The position numbers and the translations under genes were made by a program. Positions 39,617-49,152 of a DNA stretch of 64,000 nt are shown one piece after another. The notes beneath the pieces are model-generated. The model did no database searches. It saw only the letters and a list, made by a program, of their open reading frames with translations, and was not told where the DNA came from. The DNA is taken from contig JBGSZX010000031.1 of the NCBI GenBank assembly GCA_041750195.1, positions 20,669 through 84,668 of the forward strand, written 5' to 3'. The DNA is from Bdellovibrionota bacterium. Its GTDB lineage: Bacteria; Bdellovibrionota; UBA2428. Within the stretch, counting starts at the first letter, position 1. Every line of letters starts with the position of its first letter.

Positions 39617-39668
39617 ATGTTTATTAGAAAATTCTAATAACTATTAAATAACTAATTATGAGTTGGTA

Positions 39669-39995
39669 CTACCAACGACGAGAACCGCCGCCGTTTCCAC
39701 CACGGCCACCGCCGCCACCACCGCCGCCGCGAGAATCACTTCTTGGAGCTTGGGGTTTAGCAACGCTAACAGAGATCGCACGACCTTCGATTTCTTTTTC
39801 GTTTAATCCGGCGATAGCTTCTTGAGCTAGTTCTGGGCTTGCCATTTCAACAAATCCAAAGCCTTTGCTTCGTCCAGAGTCACGGTCAGTGATGATGCGA
39901 ACAGATTCAACTGTTCCAAACTTTGAGAATGCTTCCTCAAGAGCTGTTTCACTTACTGAAAATGACAAGTTACCTACAAATAGTTTTTTTTCCAT
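39669..39995 (-). CDS. RRM-type RNA-binding protein with a glycine/arginine-rich (RGG) C-terminal tail
   Basis: RNP-1 KGFGFVEM and RNP-2 LFVGNL, with a tail PQAPRSDSRGGGGGGGGRGGNGGGSRRW. Confidence 0.85.
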   Translation of the reverse strand: MEKKLFVGNLSFSVSETALEEAFSKFGTVESVRIITDRDSGRSKGFGFVEMASPELAQEAIAGLNEKEIEGRAISVSVAKPQAPRSDSRGGGGGGGGRGGNGGGSRRW

Positions 39996-40159
39996 ATTAC
40001 CTCCTTAAGGCATGGGCCACTCTAGAGGACACGGACTTAATCGTACGGACTCAGAAACTGGCAGTTTATTACACAAACAGTTTAACACTTGGAAAAGAAC
40101 TCACCAAGACAAATGCAACGCAGGCTGCAGATTTTTTGAATTTTGGCCTAGAGCGGCTA

Positions 40160-41311
40160 TCAGACGCTGTCTAGACCCCAAAAATAGAGAGGATAGGGGC
40201 TCCAGGTTTTTAGCGCTTTGAGGCATTCTTTGGTGAGTCCTTCCAAATCCTCTAAGGGCCAGGGGCTCATAAAAATCTGCAAAAGATGACCAGGATCGGG
40301 GCTTAAAAATATGCTTTTTTTTCGATGAGTTAGCTTCCATGGTTGTATGTCTCCGGCCGCTGTTGGTGGAAGGACAATCTTTAAATCGACAAGTCCTTGA
40401 AGCGCTAATTCCTGATTAATGGCTTCCGCGACTTTGAAAATGTCCAAAATCTTGGCAAAACAAACGGCTCCTTGATCGGCAGGCCCAAGCTCATTTTCGA
40501 GCGCCAAGGTTTGGGGGTGATTGTAGGGGAACTGAAGTTTCATTGGAAATTCGGCAGTTTGCGCCGGAAGTTTTTTTTGCATGGCGGCCAGAAGATCCGA
40601 ATAGAGTTCGAAATCGCCTATAAGTTCGTGAACGATGTTTCGTAAATCTCTTCCTTTGCCCGCAAAAGCGTAGGCCATTTTATCGTCCCGAGTAGCTATT
40701 AGGGAAAGGGAGTGGGTTTGGGCCAGCTGTCTTTGGAAATCGATGGCTTGGCGGAGCGGGCCCGCAGGTTGAGAGTTATACAGCTCAACTAGTTTAGGAA
40801 TATCCCCTGCTGTGATCGGCGCAATATTTGTATTCTGTTTTGTTGCTGGCGCTTTAAGGGGGCTGAGCTCCCAGCTTAGTTCTGATCCTGCAAGGACAAA
40901 GCCTCGTTTAAAATAGTAATCCACAAGGTTCGACCACAGGCAAAGCATGCTAGCGCCATCTAGCCGAGCAGCTTTTTCGACGGCATCTAGCAGCACACGG
41001 CTGTGGCCTTTTTTCTGGTGATCAATGTGAGTGGTGACAAGGCCAACACACGCAAGTGGTAAATTATTTTTTAGCCGGTAAGGTTTCCAGCTCATCGTGG
41101 CGATTGGCTTTTCTTTTTCTAGCAGCATTAAAATTCGAGAATGATTTTTGGGTTCTAACAACGCAGAAAATTCTTCCTCAAATTTGCGCTGATCTGTCTG
41201 TGGTGCTCCTTGGGGAAAACCGCTCTCTAAGAGAGTTATAAGATCGGATTTTAATTCTGGCCGCTGCGCCAAGTTTACGATTCCCTTGGTCGAAAAATGT
41301 TTTTGAGGCAT
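40160..41311 (-). CDS. GNAT-family acetyltransferase domain protein (383 aa, multi-domain)
   Basis: Central GNAT motif HQKKGHSRVLLDAVEKAARLDGASMLCLWS. The flanking domains are unassigned. Confidence 0.5.
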   Translation of the reverse strand: MPQKHFSTKGIVNLAQRPELKSDLITLLESGFPQGAPQTDQRKFEEEFSALLEPKNHSRILMLLEKEKPIATMSWKPYRLKNNLPLACVGLVTTHIDHQKKGHSRVLLDAVEKAARLDGASMLCLWSNLVDYYFKRGFVLAGSELSWELSPLKAPATKQNTNIAPITAGDIPKLVELYNSQPAGPLRQAIDFQRQLAQTHSLSLIATRDDKMAYAFAGKGRDLRNIVHELIGDFELYSDLLAAMQKKLPAQTAEFPMKLQFPYNHPQTLALENELGPADQGAVCFAKILDIFKVAEAINQELALQGLVDLKIVLPPTAAGDIQPWKLTHRKKSIFLSPDPGHLLQIFMSPWPLEDLEGLTKECLKALKTWSPYPLYFWGLDSV

Positions 41312-41400
41312 TTCTCCACTTTATGCCGCTAATCACCTATATAAAAGGCATAGTGAGCTAAGCGGCAAAAAAATATTTTTGTGCTAAACTTTATTGGGTA

Positions 41401-41757
41401 ATGGCTAAGATACTCCTAATTGATGACGAGCCCGAACTTTTAGAAATTATGGGCGATAGGCTTGAAGATGATGGATACACTGTTGTGAAGTGTGGGGGAA
41501 CTCCCGAAGCTATTGAAGCCATTAAATTGCAAAAATTTGATTTGTTATTATGCGATTACACCATGCCCTGTGGTGGATTTTTAAATTTAGTCAATGTGCT
41601 TTCGCAGACCCAGTTAGAGCTACCAAAAATTGCCATCATTTCGGGGCACGCAAAAGGTGATTTTGTAAAAAGTCTAAGCGTTCCAGTTGTGAAAATTTTT
41701 GAAAAGCCCATTAACTTTGAAAACTTTTCTGATGAAGTTGCTAAACTTATTTCCTAA
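41401..41757 (+). CDS. Single-domain response regulator (CheY-like receiver)
   Basis: ILLIDDEPELLEIM ... DLLLCDYTMP ... 118 aa with no output domain. Confidence 0.75.
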   Translation: MAKILLIDDEPELLEIMGDRLEDDGYTVVKCGGTPEAIEAIKLQKFDLLLCDYTMPCGGFLNLVNVLSQTQLELPKIAIISGHAKGDFVKSLSVPVVKIFEKPINFENFSDEVAKLIS

Positions 41758-42580
41758 ACTATTTTTTATAGTTGGCCTGGGTCTTGTGCCGTCGAGAGCC
41801 GCCGCTTTAGATTATAATCTCCGGAACAATTTGGGAGGAGATGTTTTTGAATACTCTCTAACTTCCGGGCCACCTCCCATAAAAGTCAACTCAAAATTTT
41901 TATGGATTCAAAGTTATTCATATGAAAGTGGAAAAATGCCCCTTGTGCCGGGTTCTTCAGGCCTGGCGACTCGAAAATTGGGAAGCTTTCAATTGATTAA
42001 CTATCAATCAAATGCCACGACTAAATTTAGCTTGGCTCTCCCGTTTTCGTGGAGCGCGGCGAACACCATTTCCCTCTTTTCAAAAAATGCTTTTGGCTAT
42101 GCAGCTATAGTTTCGCTTCGAAAAAAGTTTTTTGAAGAAGATTTGTGGGAATGGAGCTTTGGGGTCTTTCTCCCTTCAAAAAGGAAACCTTTTTGGATTT
42201 TGCCTGCACTAGGCGCTTTTTTTACAAGTTCGGATCGGCAACATACGGCGCATCTAGGCTTTCCTTCTTCGTTTTACCAATATCAGCTTGATTCAAAGAC
42301 GGCTGTTGGTTTGTCGCTAAAATGGAGGACCATTCAGGCTCTATCGAACTTGGAACCAGTTAATTATTTGGGCGCAAGCTTTTGGGATATTAAGGGCCAC
42401 CTCCAAAGACAAATCATTGAGAATTTATTTTTTAGTTTTGCGCTTGGCGCTGACATCAAAGGACGGAGCCGAGTGCTCAATAGCAATTTTGAAGAATTAA
42501 GTTATGAAAAAATAAGCTCAGGACTCAATTTTGGAATCGGTTTGGCCTATCAGTTTAATGGAAGGCCGCCGCGTCTTTAA
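41699..42580 (+). CDS. Hypothetical outer-membrane-like protein
   Basis: Signal-like N-terminus (start probably M at ~41732), a beta-strand-rich body and a C-terminus ...AYQFNGRPPRL. It overlaps the response-regulator end. Confidence 0.4.
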   Translation: MKSPLTLKTFLMKLLNLFPKLFFIVGLGLVPSRAAALDYNLRNNLGGDVFEYSLTSGPPPIKVNSKFLWIQSYSYESGKMPLVPGSSGLATRKLGSFQLINYQSNATTKFSLALPFSWSAANTISLFSKNAFGYAAIVSLRKKFFEEDLWEWSFGVFLPSKRKPFWILPALGAFFTSSDRQHTAHLGFPSSFYQYQLDSKTAVGLSLKWRTIQALSNLEPVNYLGASFWDIKGHLQRQIIENLFFSFALGADIKGRSRVLNSNFEELSYEKISSGLNFGIGLAYQFNGRPPRL

Positions 42581-44370
42581 CTTGATTGAGAAATTGGCAG
42601 TTCGACGACAAAGCAGGTGTTTGGAGAATTTTGATCAATAAAAAGGCGTCCACCATGCTGCTTAATGATGGTATTGGAGATACTCAAACCAAGACCCGTT
42701 CCCGAGCCAGCTGGTTTGGTGGTGAAAAATGCTTTAAAGATCTTTGAGGCCGTTTTCCTGTCGATTCCAGGGCCACTATCCGTGACTCGAATTTGAAAAA
42801 CCTTATCTTGAATTAAAAATTGAATGTGAATCCACTTTTCGTTTTGTTGGCTAATAGCATCTTCCGCGTTGTTGATGAGGTTTAGGAGAACCTGCGATAG
42901 TTCGACCTCCCGTCCCCAAATTTCGACCTGAGGAATAGGGTCAATTTCAAGACGAACGTTTCGCGTACTAAGTCGGTGCTGACATAAGTTCAACGAGTCT
43001 TGAATAAGGTCATTTAGATTTATTTTTTCCATGGGATCGGCTTCGACATTCCTTCCCATAGCTCTCATGCTTTTTATGATTTTGCTAATCCTGTTGCCTG
43101 CCGACTTGATGCTATTTAATATTTCTAATCTTTTTTCTGTTGAATATTTTTCGTCGCGAATGTCTCTTTCAAGTTGTTGCGTTCGCCCTAAGAGAATCCC
43201 TAAAGGGTTGTTGATTTCATGGGCCATACCGGCGGCCATTTCGCCCAAAGTGTTGAGTCGAGTTGAATTTACCAAGGCCAACTTTTGTTCTTCAATGATA
43301 CCAAATTGAATTTTATTTGTTCGATCGAGGCTCCAGATTAGTGCTAAAACAAGGCTGCCTATGGTAAAACTAATAAGTAAAACCGCTGGCCAGTTGTTTG
43401 CCTCTTCTTTCATTAGGGCAGAACTTTTTTGCCACTCAATTTGAAATGTCTGGTTGTGCCAAACGACGTAGCTAACAATGGAATCTTTAGAGTTTGTATT
43501 GAACTCAGGATCTTTGTAAACAGTTTCGAACGTGGGTTCTCCGTAAACCCAGGTTGGCCATTCGATTTTTGCAATCACATCAGCTTTGAGACCTTTTAGC
43601 ACGTGTTTGAATAGTTCTTCTGCGATGACAGGTGCGAAAACCAAGCCTATATAATTTTTATTATTAAAAAGAAAAGTTTTGTGGGTCGTCGGAATGGCCT
43701 TGTTTTCGAGTATTGGAAAGTAAATGAGGAATCCGGCGCGAGTCACTGAGTCCTGCACCAGTTGAATATGATGAGTAATGGCAAATCGATAGCTCTGTAA
43801 AGCAAATTCTAGAGCACTGCGGCGGTTGATTCCGGACCCAACATCTAAGCCACTGACGCCTTTATTTTTTTCTTCAGGTTCGATGTAGGTGATGACATAA
43901 GTCATGTCTTTGCGAAGGGGGGGGGTAGCGCTGGGTACTGTAGAGTATCTAAAGTTTTCATTCCCAGATTGTTGTTGGGCACGTTCATAGGTTTTTATAT
44001 CTTTAGCCCATATCGGAGCTATGAATCCAAGCCCGTTTAATCCGGGGGCCGAAACATCTAAATTGAGTTCTTTGACAAATGATTTCCATTCTTTAAAATT
44101 TACATTTGTCGACGCCCCAAAAAGAGCGCCGCTTGCTATGAGAACTTTCTCATAACCAATAAGACGTTCCTTCACGAGGGCAAGAGCTTTTTCGGCTTGA
44201 AGATCAAAGAGCTGCTGGTTGGCCGCCTTATCGTTTAGGTAAATTTTATAGGTTACCGCTCCCATTAAGAGGACAACGATGGCGGAAGCTATCGATAGGC
44301 GAAATTCTTTAAACATGCTGGAACCTGGATTTTGATCTTCTGGCAATGACTTTGCAAGCAAATGTATCAA
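42577..44370 (-). CDS. Sensor histidine kinase with a periplasmic sensor domain between two TMs
   Basis: HisKA H-box AHEINNPL and HATPase_c N, G1 and G2 boxes (NLINNAEDA, DSGPGI, GSGTGLGLS). Confidence 0.85.
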   Translation of the reverse strand: MIHLLAKSLPEDQNPGSSMFKEFRLSIASAIVVLLMGAVTYKIYLNDKAANQQLFDLQAEKALALVKERLIGYEKVLIASGALFGASTNVNFKEWKSFVKELNLDVSAPGLNGLGFIAPIWAKDIKTYERAQQQSGNENFRYSTVPSATPPLRKDMTYVITYIEPEEKNKGVSGLDVGSGINRRSALEFALQSYRFAITHHIQLVQDSVTRAGFLIYFPILENKAIPTTHKTFLFNNKNYIGLVFAPVIAEELFKHVLKGLKADVIAKIEWPTWVYGEPTFETVYKDPEFNTNSKDSIVSYVVWHNQTFQIEWQKSSALMKEEANNWPAVLLISFTIGSLVLALIWSLDRTNKIQFGIIEEQKLALVNSTRLNTLGEMAAGMAHEINNPLGILLGRTQQLERDIRDEKYSTEKRLEILNSIKSAGNRISKIIKSMRAMGRNVEADPMEKINLNDLIQDSLNLCQHRLSTRNVRLEIDPIPQVEIWGREVELSQVLLNLINNAEDAISQQNEKWIHIQFLIQDKVFQIRVTDSGPGIDRKTASKIFKAFFTTKPAGSGTGLGLSISNTIIKQHGGRLFIDQNSPNTCFVVELPISQSS

Positions 44371-44646
44371 GGCAATATTTTCAACGACTAGACTCGCCGC
44401 GCTATTAAAATAATTAACCTCTTCTTAACAAACTGCTCAAGTTTTAGGCAGCTCAATCCGATCGAGTTCATAAGCGCATGGATAAATGCAGCTTTTTCTG
44501 TGGTCACTTTGACCAGGAAGCGGAATAGGAATTTTCGTTTTCTGGAATAGGGCGATCAAGGTTTGGAAAAAGCGCAGAAGTTTGTGCGTGAAACAATTAG
44601 TTACGGCCAGACAAGATGTTTGGTCAGAGAGGTTAGGAGGACCGAA

Positions 44647-45495
44647 ATGGGATTGAGAATCAATACCAATGTGGCGTCAATCAACGCCCAACGTAACTTG
44701 CGCATGACAAATCATGACATGCGTAAAGCTATGGAACGGTTGAGTTCTGGTAGTCGTATCAATCGCGCAGGCGATGATGCTGCTGGACTTGCCATCAGTG
44801 AAAACCTAAAAGCACAAATAAGAGGATTTAATATGGCCATCCGAAATTCGGAGGATGGGATATCTCTAGTGCAGGTTGCTGAGGGCGGACTCAACGAAAC
44901 AAGTAATATTTTAGCGAGGCTAAGAGAGCTCGGGATTCAGGCCGCATCTGACACCATTGGTGCAGCAGAGCGTGGATTCCTGAACGTGGAGTATCAAAGT
45001 TTGCTGAGTGAGATTGAACGGATCTCGCAAGCGACAGAATTCAACAATACAAAATTGTTGAATGGCAACGAAGATCCCGACAATCCCAAGCAGTTTGATT
45101 TGCAAATTGGTATTCGAAACATTCCCGGTGTGGACCGTATTGTTTTTGATGCCTCCAAGGCAGATGCCACTGTGATGGGGCTTGGTCTTAAGGACTTGGC
45201 GCTGGATTCTAAAGGAAATGCACAATTGTCACTAGCTCAAATTGACCAAGCGATTCAAAGAGTGGCAGCGGTAAGAGCGGACTTTGGTGCCTTGCAGAAC
45301 AGGCTTCAGTCTACGATCAATAATTTAGGTGTCAGTGTAGAAAACTTAAGTGCTGCGAACTCTAGGGTTCGAGATGCGGATATGGCTAACGAAACCGCCG
45401 AGATGACCAGAAACAACATCATGTTGAATGCAGGCATATCGGTGTTAGGACAAGCCAACGCTTCTAACCAAATGGCACTGAAGTTACTACAGTAG
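44647..45495 (+). CDS. fliC: Flagellin (short, ~282 aa)
   Basis: N-terminus MGLRINTNVASINAQRNL and C-terminus ...NIMLNAGISVLGQANASNQMALKLLQ. An AGGAGG RBS precedes ATG 44647; ORF track 44563 is an upstream in-frame extension. Confidence 0.9.
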   Translation: MGLRINTNVASINAQRNLRMTNHDMRKAMERLSSGSRINRAGDDAAGLAISENLKAQIRGFNMAIRNSEDGISLVQVAEGGLNETSNILARLRELGIQAASDTIGAAERGFLNVEYQSLLSEIERISQATEFNNTKLLNGNEDPDNPKQFDLQIGIRNIPGVDRIVFDASKADATVMGLGLKDLALDSKGNAQLSLAQIDQAIQRVAAVRADFGALQNRLQSTINNLGVSVENLSAANSRVRDADMANETAEMTRNNIMLNAGISVLGQANASNQMALKLLQ

Positions 45496-45745
45496 GAGTT
45501 CCCGGTTACAAAAATGAATTTGATGTCATAGCACGGACGCTAGAAGCATCATGATAGTAATTCATTTGTAATGGCGACGACGCGGCTAGGTTTGAAAGAC
45601 TTGGTCAAAAGCAAGTTCATTGAATGCTTGTGAAAGCAAGCAAGTTCATTGAATTTGCGGAAGTGCGCAAGCTCATGGAGCTTGCAGCTACGGTTAAACA
45701 ATTCTGAGTAAACGGTAACGTTAGTGCTTAGGATCTCTGGGGGGT

Positions 45746-45777
45746 GGGCCGTCGTGAAAGGCGGCCCCATTTTTTTA
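45746..45777 (+). terminator. Rho-independent terminator (stem gggccg/cggccc followed by T7) about 250 bp downstream of fliC
   Basis: tgggccgtcgtgaaaggcggccccattttttt, read directly. Confidence 0.65.
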
Positions 45778-46102
45778 CCTCAGTGTTAAGTGCGATGAGC
45801 TGAGTTGGTCGCAATGATCAGTGCGCTTGTTTGTGCTGGAAATGCGCACTTTGTTTTGCGCGACGTGTGTTTTGATATGTGCGGTGCCCGTGGGTGCGTG
45901 CGGCATATGTTTATTTGCATCTATAATGCGTATCCTTCTTTTGCTACGCGGGCAAAATCTTGATTCAGTTTGACTTTCACAATGCTACTTCATACTTATT
46001 GCTTCTCGAATTCAAGGTTTATCAAATAAATTCCAATTTTCCTTATGAAATTTCTCTAAATAATTTGCAAATATCTTACGATATTACTTCGCTACCGTAC
46101 GT

Positions 46103-46753
46103 TTGTATGGTATAGAATTATCTATGAAAAACACGCAACAAATCCTTTTTTATCGCAAAATGAAAACCAAAAACAGTTTCGCTTTTGGTGGTGCAGGGCT
46201 CAATTCCAATCCAAAAGTTGCAAGGCCAATATCTTGCAAGGAATACATGCACGTGGTGCTAAAATCAAATCATGCTAGAAATGAAAAATCTTTTTTGCGC
46301 CACGAAAAATGGATTCTTACTATGGCCTCTAAGCTTGGCAAAAAATTAGGTGTCAAGATTCTGGATATCGTGGTGATGTCTAATCACATTCATTTGCTGG
46401 TCAAAGTTCATAGAAGAAGAGCCTTCGCAGCTTACTTTAAGGCTCTTTGCGGATTGATCGTGCGAAGGATTTGCAAAATAAAACGTGGGTTGCCCCGAGC
46501 TGCTGGCCAAGCGCAATTCTGCAATAGTAGTCTCGCTGAAAAAGAGACAATTGCTGAAGGCAGCTTCTTTGCGGGAAGGCCCTTTTCGCGAATTGTCAGC
46601 ATGGGACGGCGATCTTTCAGAAATATAAAAAATTATTTTGAATTAAACAGGCTGGAACGACTGGGGCATGCTAAGGCCGATGCTCGAAAGATGACACATT
46701 TTCATAGATCGAGTGTGTTAAGTCAAAGCCCTGCTTTTGCGCTGGAAACTTGA
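46103..46753 (+). mobile_element. IS200/IS605-like Y1 HUH transposase-fold protein (solo, no tnpB). The HuH motif is intact and the catalytic Tyr is apparently replaced by Phe
   Basis: YMHVVLKSN (motif I), VMSNHIHLLVKV (HuH) and AYFKALCGLIVRRI (the GYLKGKSS-like helix). The RGYY catalytic region aligns to GRPFSRIV, with no Tyr. Confidence 0.55.
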
Positions 46754-46798
46754 TAGCAATACACTTAAGTTTCTCACTCTAAGTGCCGAAAATTATTT

Positions 46799-48184
46799 AT
46801 GCTTAGAATAGCTTGGATTAATTTTACCCGCGAGAGATTGTGGGCCATTAGTCTTTTAATTTTCCTCATCGCGAATTCACCACTCACTCACGCCCAGTCC
46901 AAAAACATGCTGCAATTTTTGAATTGGGAAGCCGAACACAACATCGGTGCCAAATCCCAAGGCGTCAATTTCAAACAAAAGGAATTGAGCTTTAGATATC
47001 TAGAGATCAGTCTCGATGAAGGCGATATGTATCAGGTAGACGACTATCGTAAGTGGATGTTTGGCGCAGACCAAGGGCCGCACGGTCTTACAATAGATTT
47101 TGCTGAGTATCTTCCTGAGGATATAAAAAAGTTTTTTGTTTTCAATAAAGACGGCAAGAAATTTCTGAAGTGGCCCATTCATCCTCTAGATAAAAACTTC
47201 TACAAAAAACTCATGAGTTATTTGGAGGAGCGAAAAGTTCCGTATAAGTTAGTGCCAGCTAATAAGTCTGATTTGCGAGGTTATAGAACATCTTCTAAGA
47301 GTTCGATCATTACAATTCCTGGATCAGAGCATAGTTTTTCTTTTAAAACAGGAACCAATTCTGTGGGACAAAATGAAGGCTTCGCAAGACCCAACCCATC
47401 ACGGTGGGCGCACTTCAATAGAAAGCTCAGTGACTATTTTTATACGCAAAAAGACAAACTCAAAACTTTAGATGTCGCTTGGGAGGCTGGGGCCATCATG
47501 TTTCCGCCCCTCACACCTGGAACCGACAACGCCATTAATATTCGACTTATGGAAAACGTTAGCGCCGGTGAAAAATATCAGCTCACGGGCTTTGTTTTGC
47601 ACGACAAAAAAGAAATTGAACGTATTTGTAAAATCAACGGAATGACACCAGAGGCTTTTAAAAAACAAATCTCGCACAGCTTTGGGAGCTTTCTTGCGGA
47701 AATGAATTTGGTTTTAGGTTTTAGAGTGATGTCGGCTCATTTGCAGAACGTTCGATTTGAGTTAGACAAAAATTTGAAGCCAACAGGCAAAGTCATTATG
47801 CTCGACTTGACAGACGGTGGCCCAGTCGCCGCTATTTTTAAGGCCAATGGGCAGGATCAGTTGCTTGATGATTGGCGATCCATGGTTTCTGAAACATCAG
47901 TTGGTAAAGATTATTTTCCTAATCGCATCATTGATGTGCCGGATTGGAAGCAAAGTCAGCTAGACCCTTCTGATAAATCGTCGTGGTTTAGGCCCATGGA
48001 CATTGATGAAATGCACAAAGGTTTTGAAGAGCGCGCTTCAGAGCTAGGTGATTTTTCTGGAAAAATTATTTATCGAAAAAATGGAGATGTTGATTTTAAA
48101 TTTAAGGACGCAGATGATTTGATGTCGCGTTTTAACGTTCATGGATCTTCTTGTGCTGAAATCATCAAGGGTTTAACTCACTAA
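46799..48184 (+). CDS. Hypothetical secreted protein (461 aa)
   Basis: Signal peptide LLIFLIANSPLTHAQS. No family was recognised. Confidence 0.5.
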   Translation: MLRIAWINFTRERLWAISLLIFLIANSPLTHAQSKNMLQFLNWEAEHNIGAKSQGVNFKQKELSFRYLEISLDEGDMYQVDDYRKWMFGADQGPHGLTIDFAEYLPEDIKKFFVFNKDGKKFLKWPIHPLDKNFYKKLMSYLEERKVPYKLVPANKSDLRGYRTSSKSSIITIPGSEHSFSFKTGTNSVGQNEGFARPNPSRWAHFNRKLSDYFYTQKDKLKTLDVAWEAGAIMFPPLTPGTDNAINIRLMENVSAGEKYQLTGFVLHDKKEIERICKINGMTPEAFKKQISHSFGSFLAEMNLVLGFRVMSAHLQNVRFELDKNLKPTGKVIMLDLTDGGPVAAIFKANGQDQLLDDWRSMVSETSVGKDYFPNRIIDVPDWKQSQLDPSDKSSWFRPMDIDEMHKGFEERASELGDFSGKIIYRKNGDVDFKFKDADDLMSRFNVHGSSCAEIIKGLTH

Positions 48185-48255
48185 ATCATTTCTTTGACTT
48201 TTGCTTTGCTTTTGGGCCTATTGCGCCTTGCGAGATTGATCCTTATACTTCATAT

Positions 48256-49071
48256 ATGACAATATTCGAACGTCGCATGAATTTTTACTCCGCTACTCGA
48301 AACACCATTTATTCAAAAGTTTTTCCGATTTTTTTATTTGTTGTAGGGCTAGTCACGGTTATGGAATCTGGGGAATCTTTTGCAACAGGAAGATCCATCG
48401 ACGTCATCGCTTACGACCAATCCATCGAAGGCTTTATTGATGCTGGTTGTACGACGACACTTTTTGTAGCTGCAAATAGCACTACCTGCGCATCTGGTGC
48501 TTGGCTCGCCTATGATATGTATGCCAATGTCACTTTGATCAATATATCAAAAACCGAAAAGCAAACGGGCACTTTGGAGATAAAAGCAAGTAGTACCCTT
48601 ACTGGAATTTTAGTGCACACAGCGTTGCCAGCATACAATGGATTGACGAAAAAGCTTTTTATTTGTGGTGATGGATCAACAGGAAACACCGCTAATATTT
48701 CGGCGAATGTTCCCCTGACGAGTCCTTTGGGCTTGGAATATTCAGTCGCTCCAGAATCAAGAGTAACGCTTCAATTGCAGTTTGCTGTTTACGGGCAAGT
48801 TCAATCGGCAAACAGGTGGCTCACACAAAAGTTTTTGCCTATTATAAAGATATTGGTTGACCAAGATCAGGGCGCTTTGTTGGGGTCCTTTACGGCCTAT
48901 CAGCAACCAAGGTCCGACAATCGATGGACCATGTGTGATGGAACGAGTCCTGGACTTGGGGTGAATGCTGTCTCTGGCTTTACAAATTTGGTGGGCTATC
49001 CGAGTACAGGAATTGAGGCTATGAACAATCCGCGCATCCCGCTCTTGATCAATGGTGGCAGGCCTTTTTAG
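48256..49071 (+). CDS. Hypothetical secreted or membrane-anchored protein (271 aa), Thr/Ser/Gly-rich
   Basis: N-terminal hydrophobic anchor VFPIFLFVVGLVTVM. No family was recognised. Confidence 0.45.
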   Translation: MTIFERRMNFYSATRNTIYSKVFPIFLFVVGLVTVMESGESFATGRSIDVIAYDQSIEGFIDAGCTTTLFVAANSTTCASGAWLAYDMYANVTLINISKTEKQTGTLEIKASSTLTGILVHTALPAYNGLTKKLFICGDGSTGNTANISANVPLTSPLGLEYSVAPESRVTLQLQFAVYGQVQSANRWLTQKFLPIIKILVDQDQGALLGSFTAYQQPRSDNRWTMCDGTSPGLGVNAVSGFTNLVGYPSTGIEAMNNPRIPLLINGGRPF

Positions 49072-49152
49072 GGTGCAGTTGGTGCGCATTGACTCTTCGT
49101 ATTCGAGATTGCGGGGTTTTGCTTTAAATAAAGCAATGATAGCATTGCTAGG

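Noticed and set aside
45496-46800. Complete IS200/IS605 insertion sequence around the Y1-like gene
   Set aside because: There is no tnpB. The subterminal hairpins are only suggestive (45667-45685 and 46763-46785). The gene is ~70 aa longer than the IS200 tnpA and its catalytic Tyr appears lost. It is more likely a domesticated or decayed gene than an active IS.
46799-48184. Possible atypical-kinase-like catalytic loop (SAHLQNVRF ... MLDLTDGG) in the 461-aa secreted protein, reminiscent of HipA/CtkA H-x-x-N...D motifs
   Set aside because: The match is only a few residues with no supporting P-loop or overall fold evidence. It is too weak to call without a profile search.
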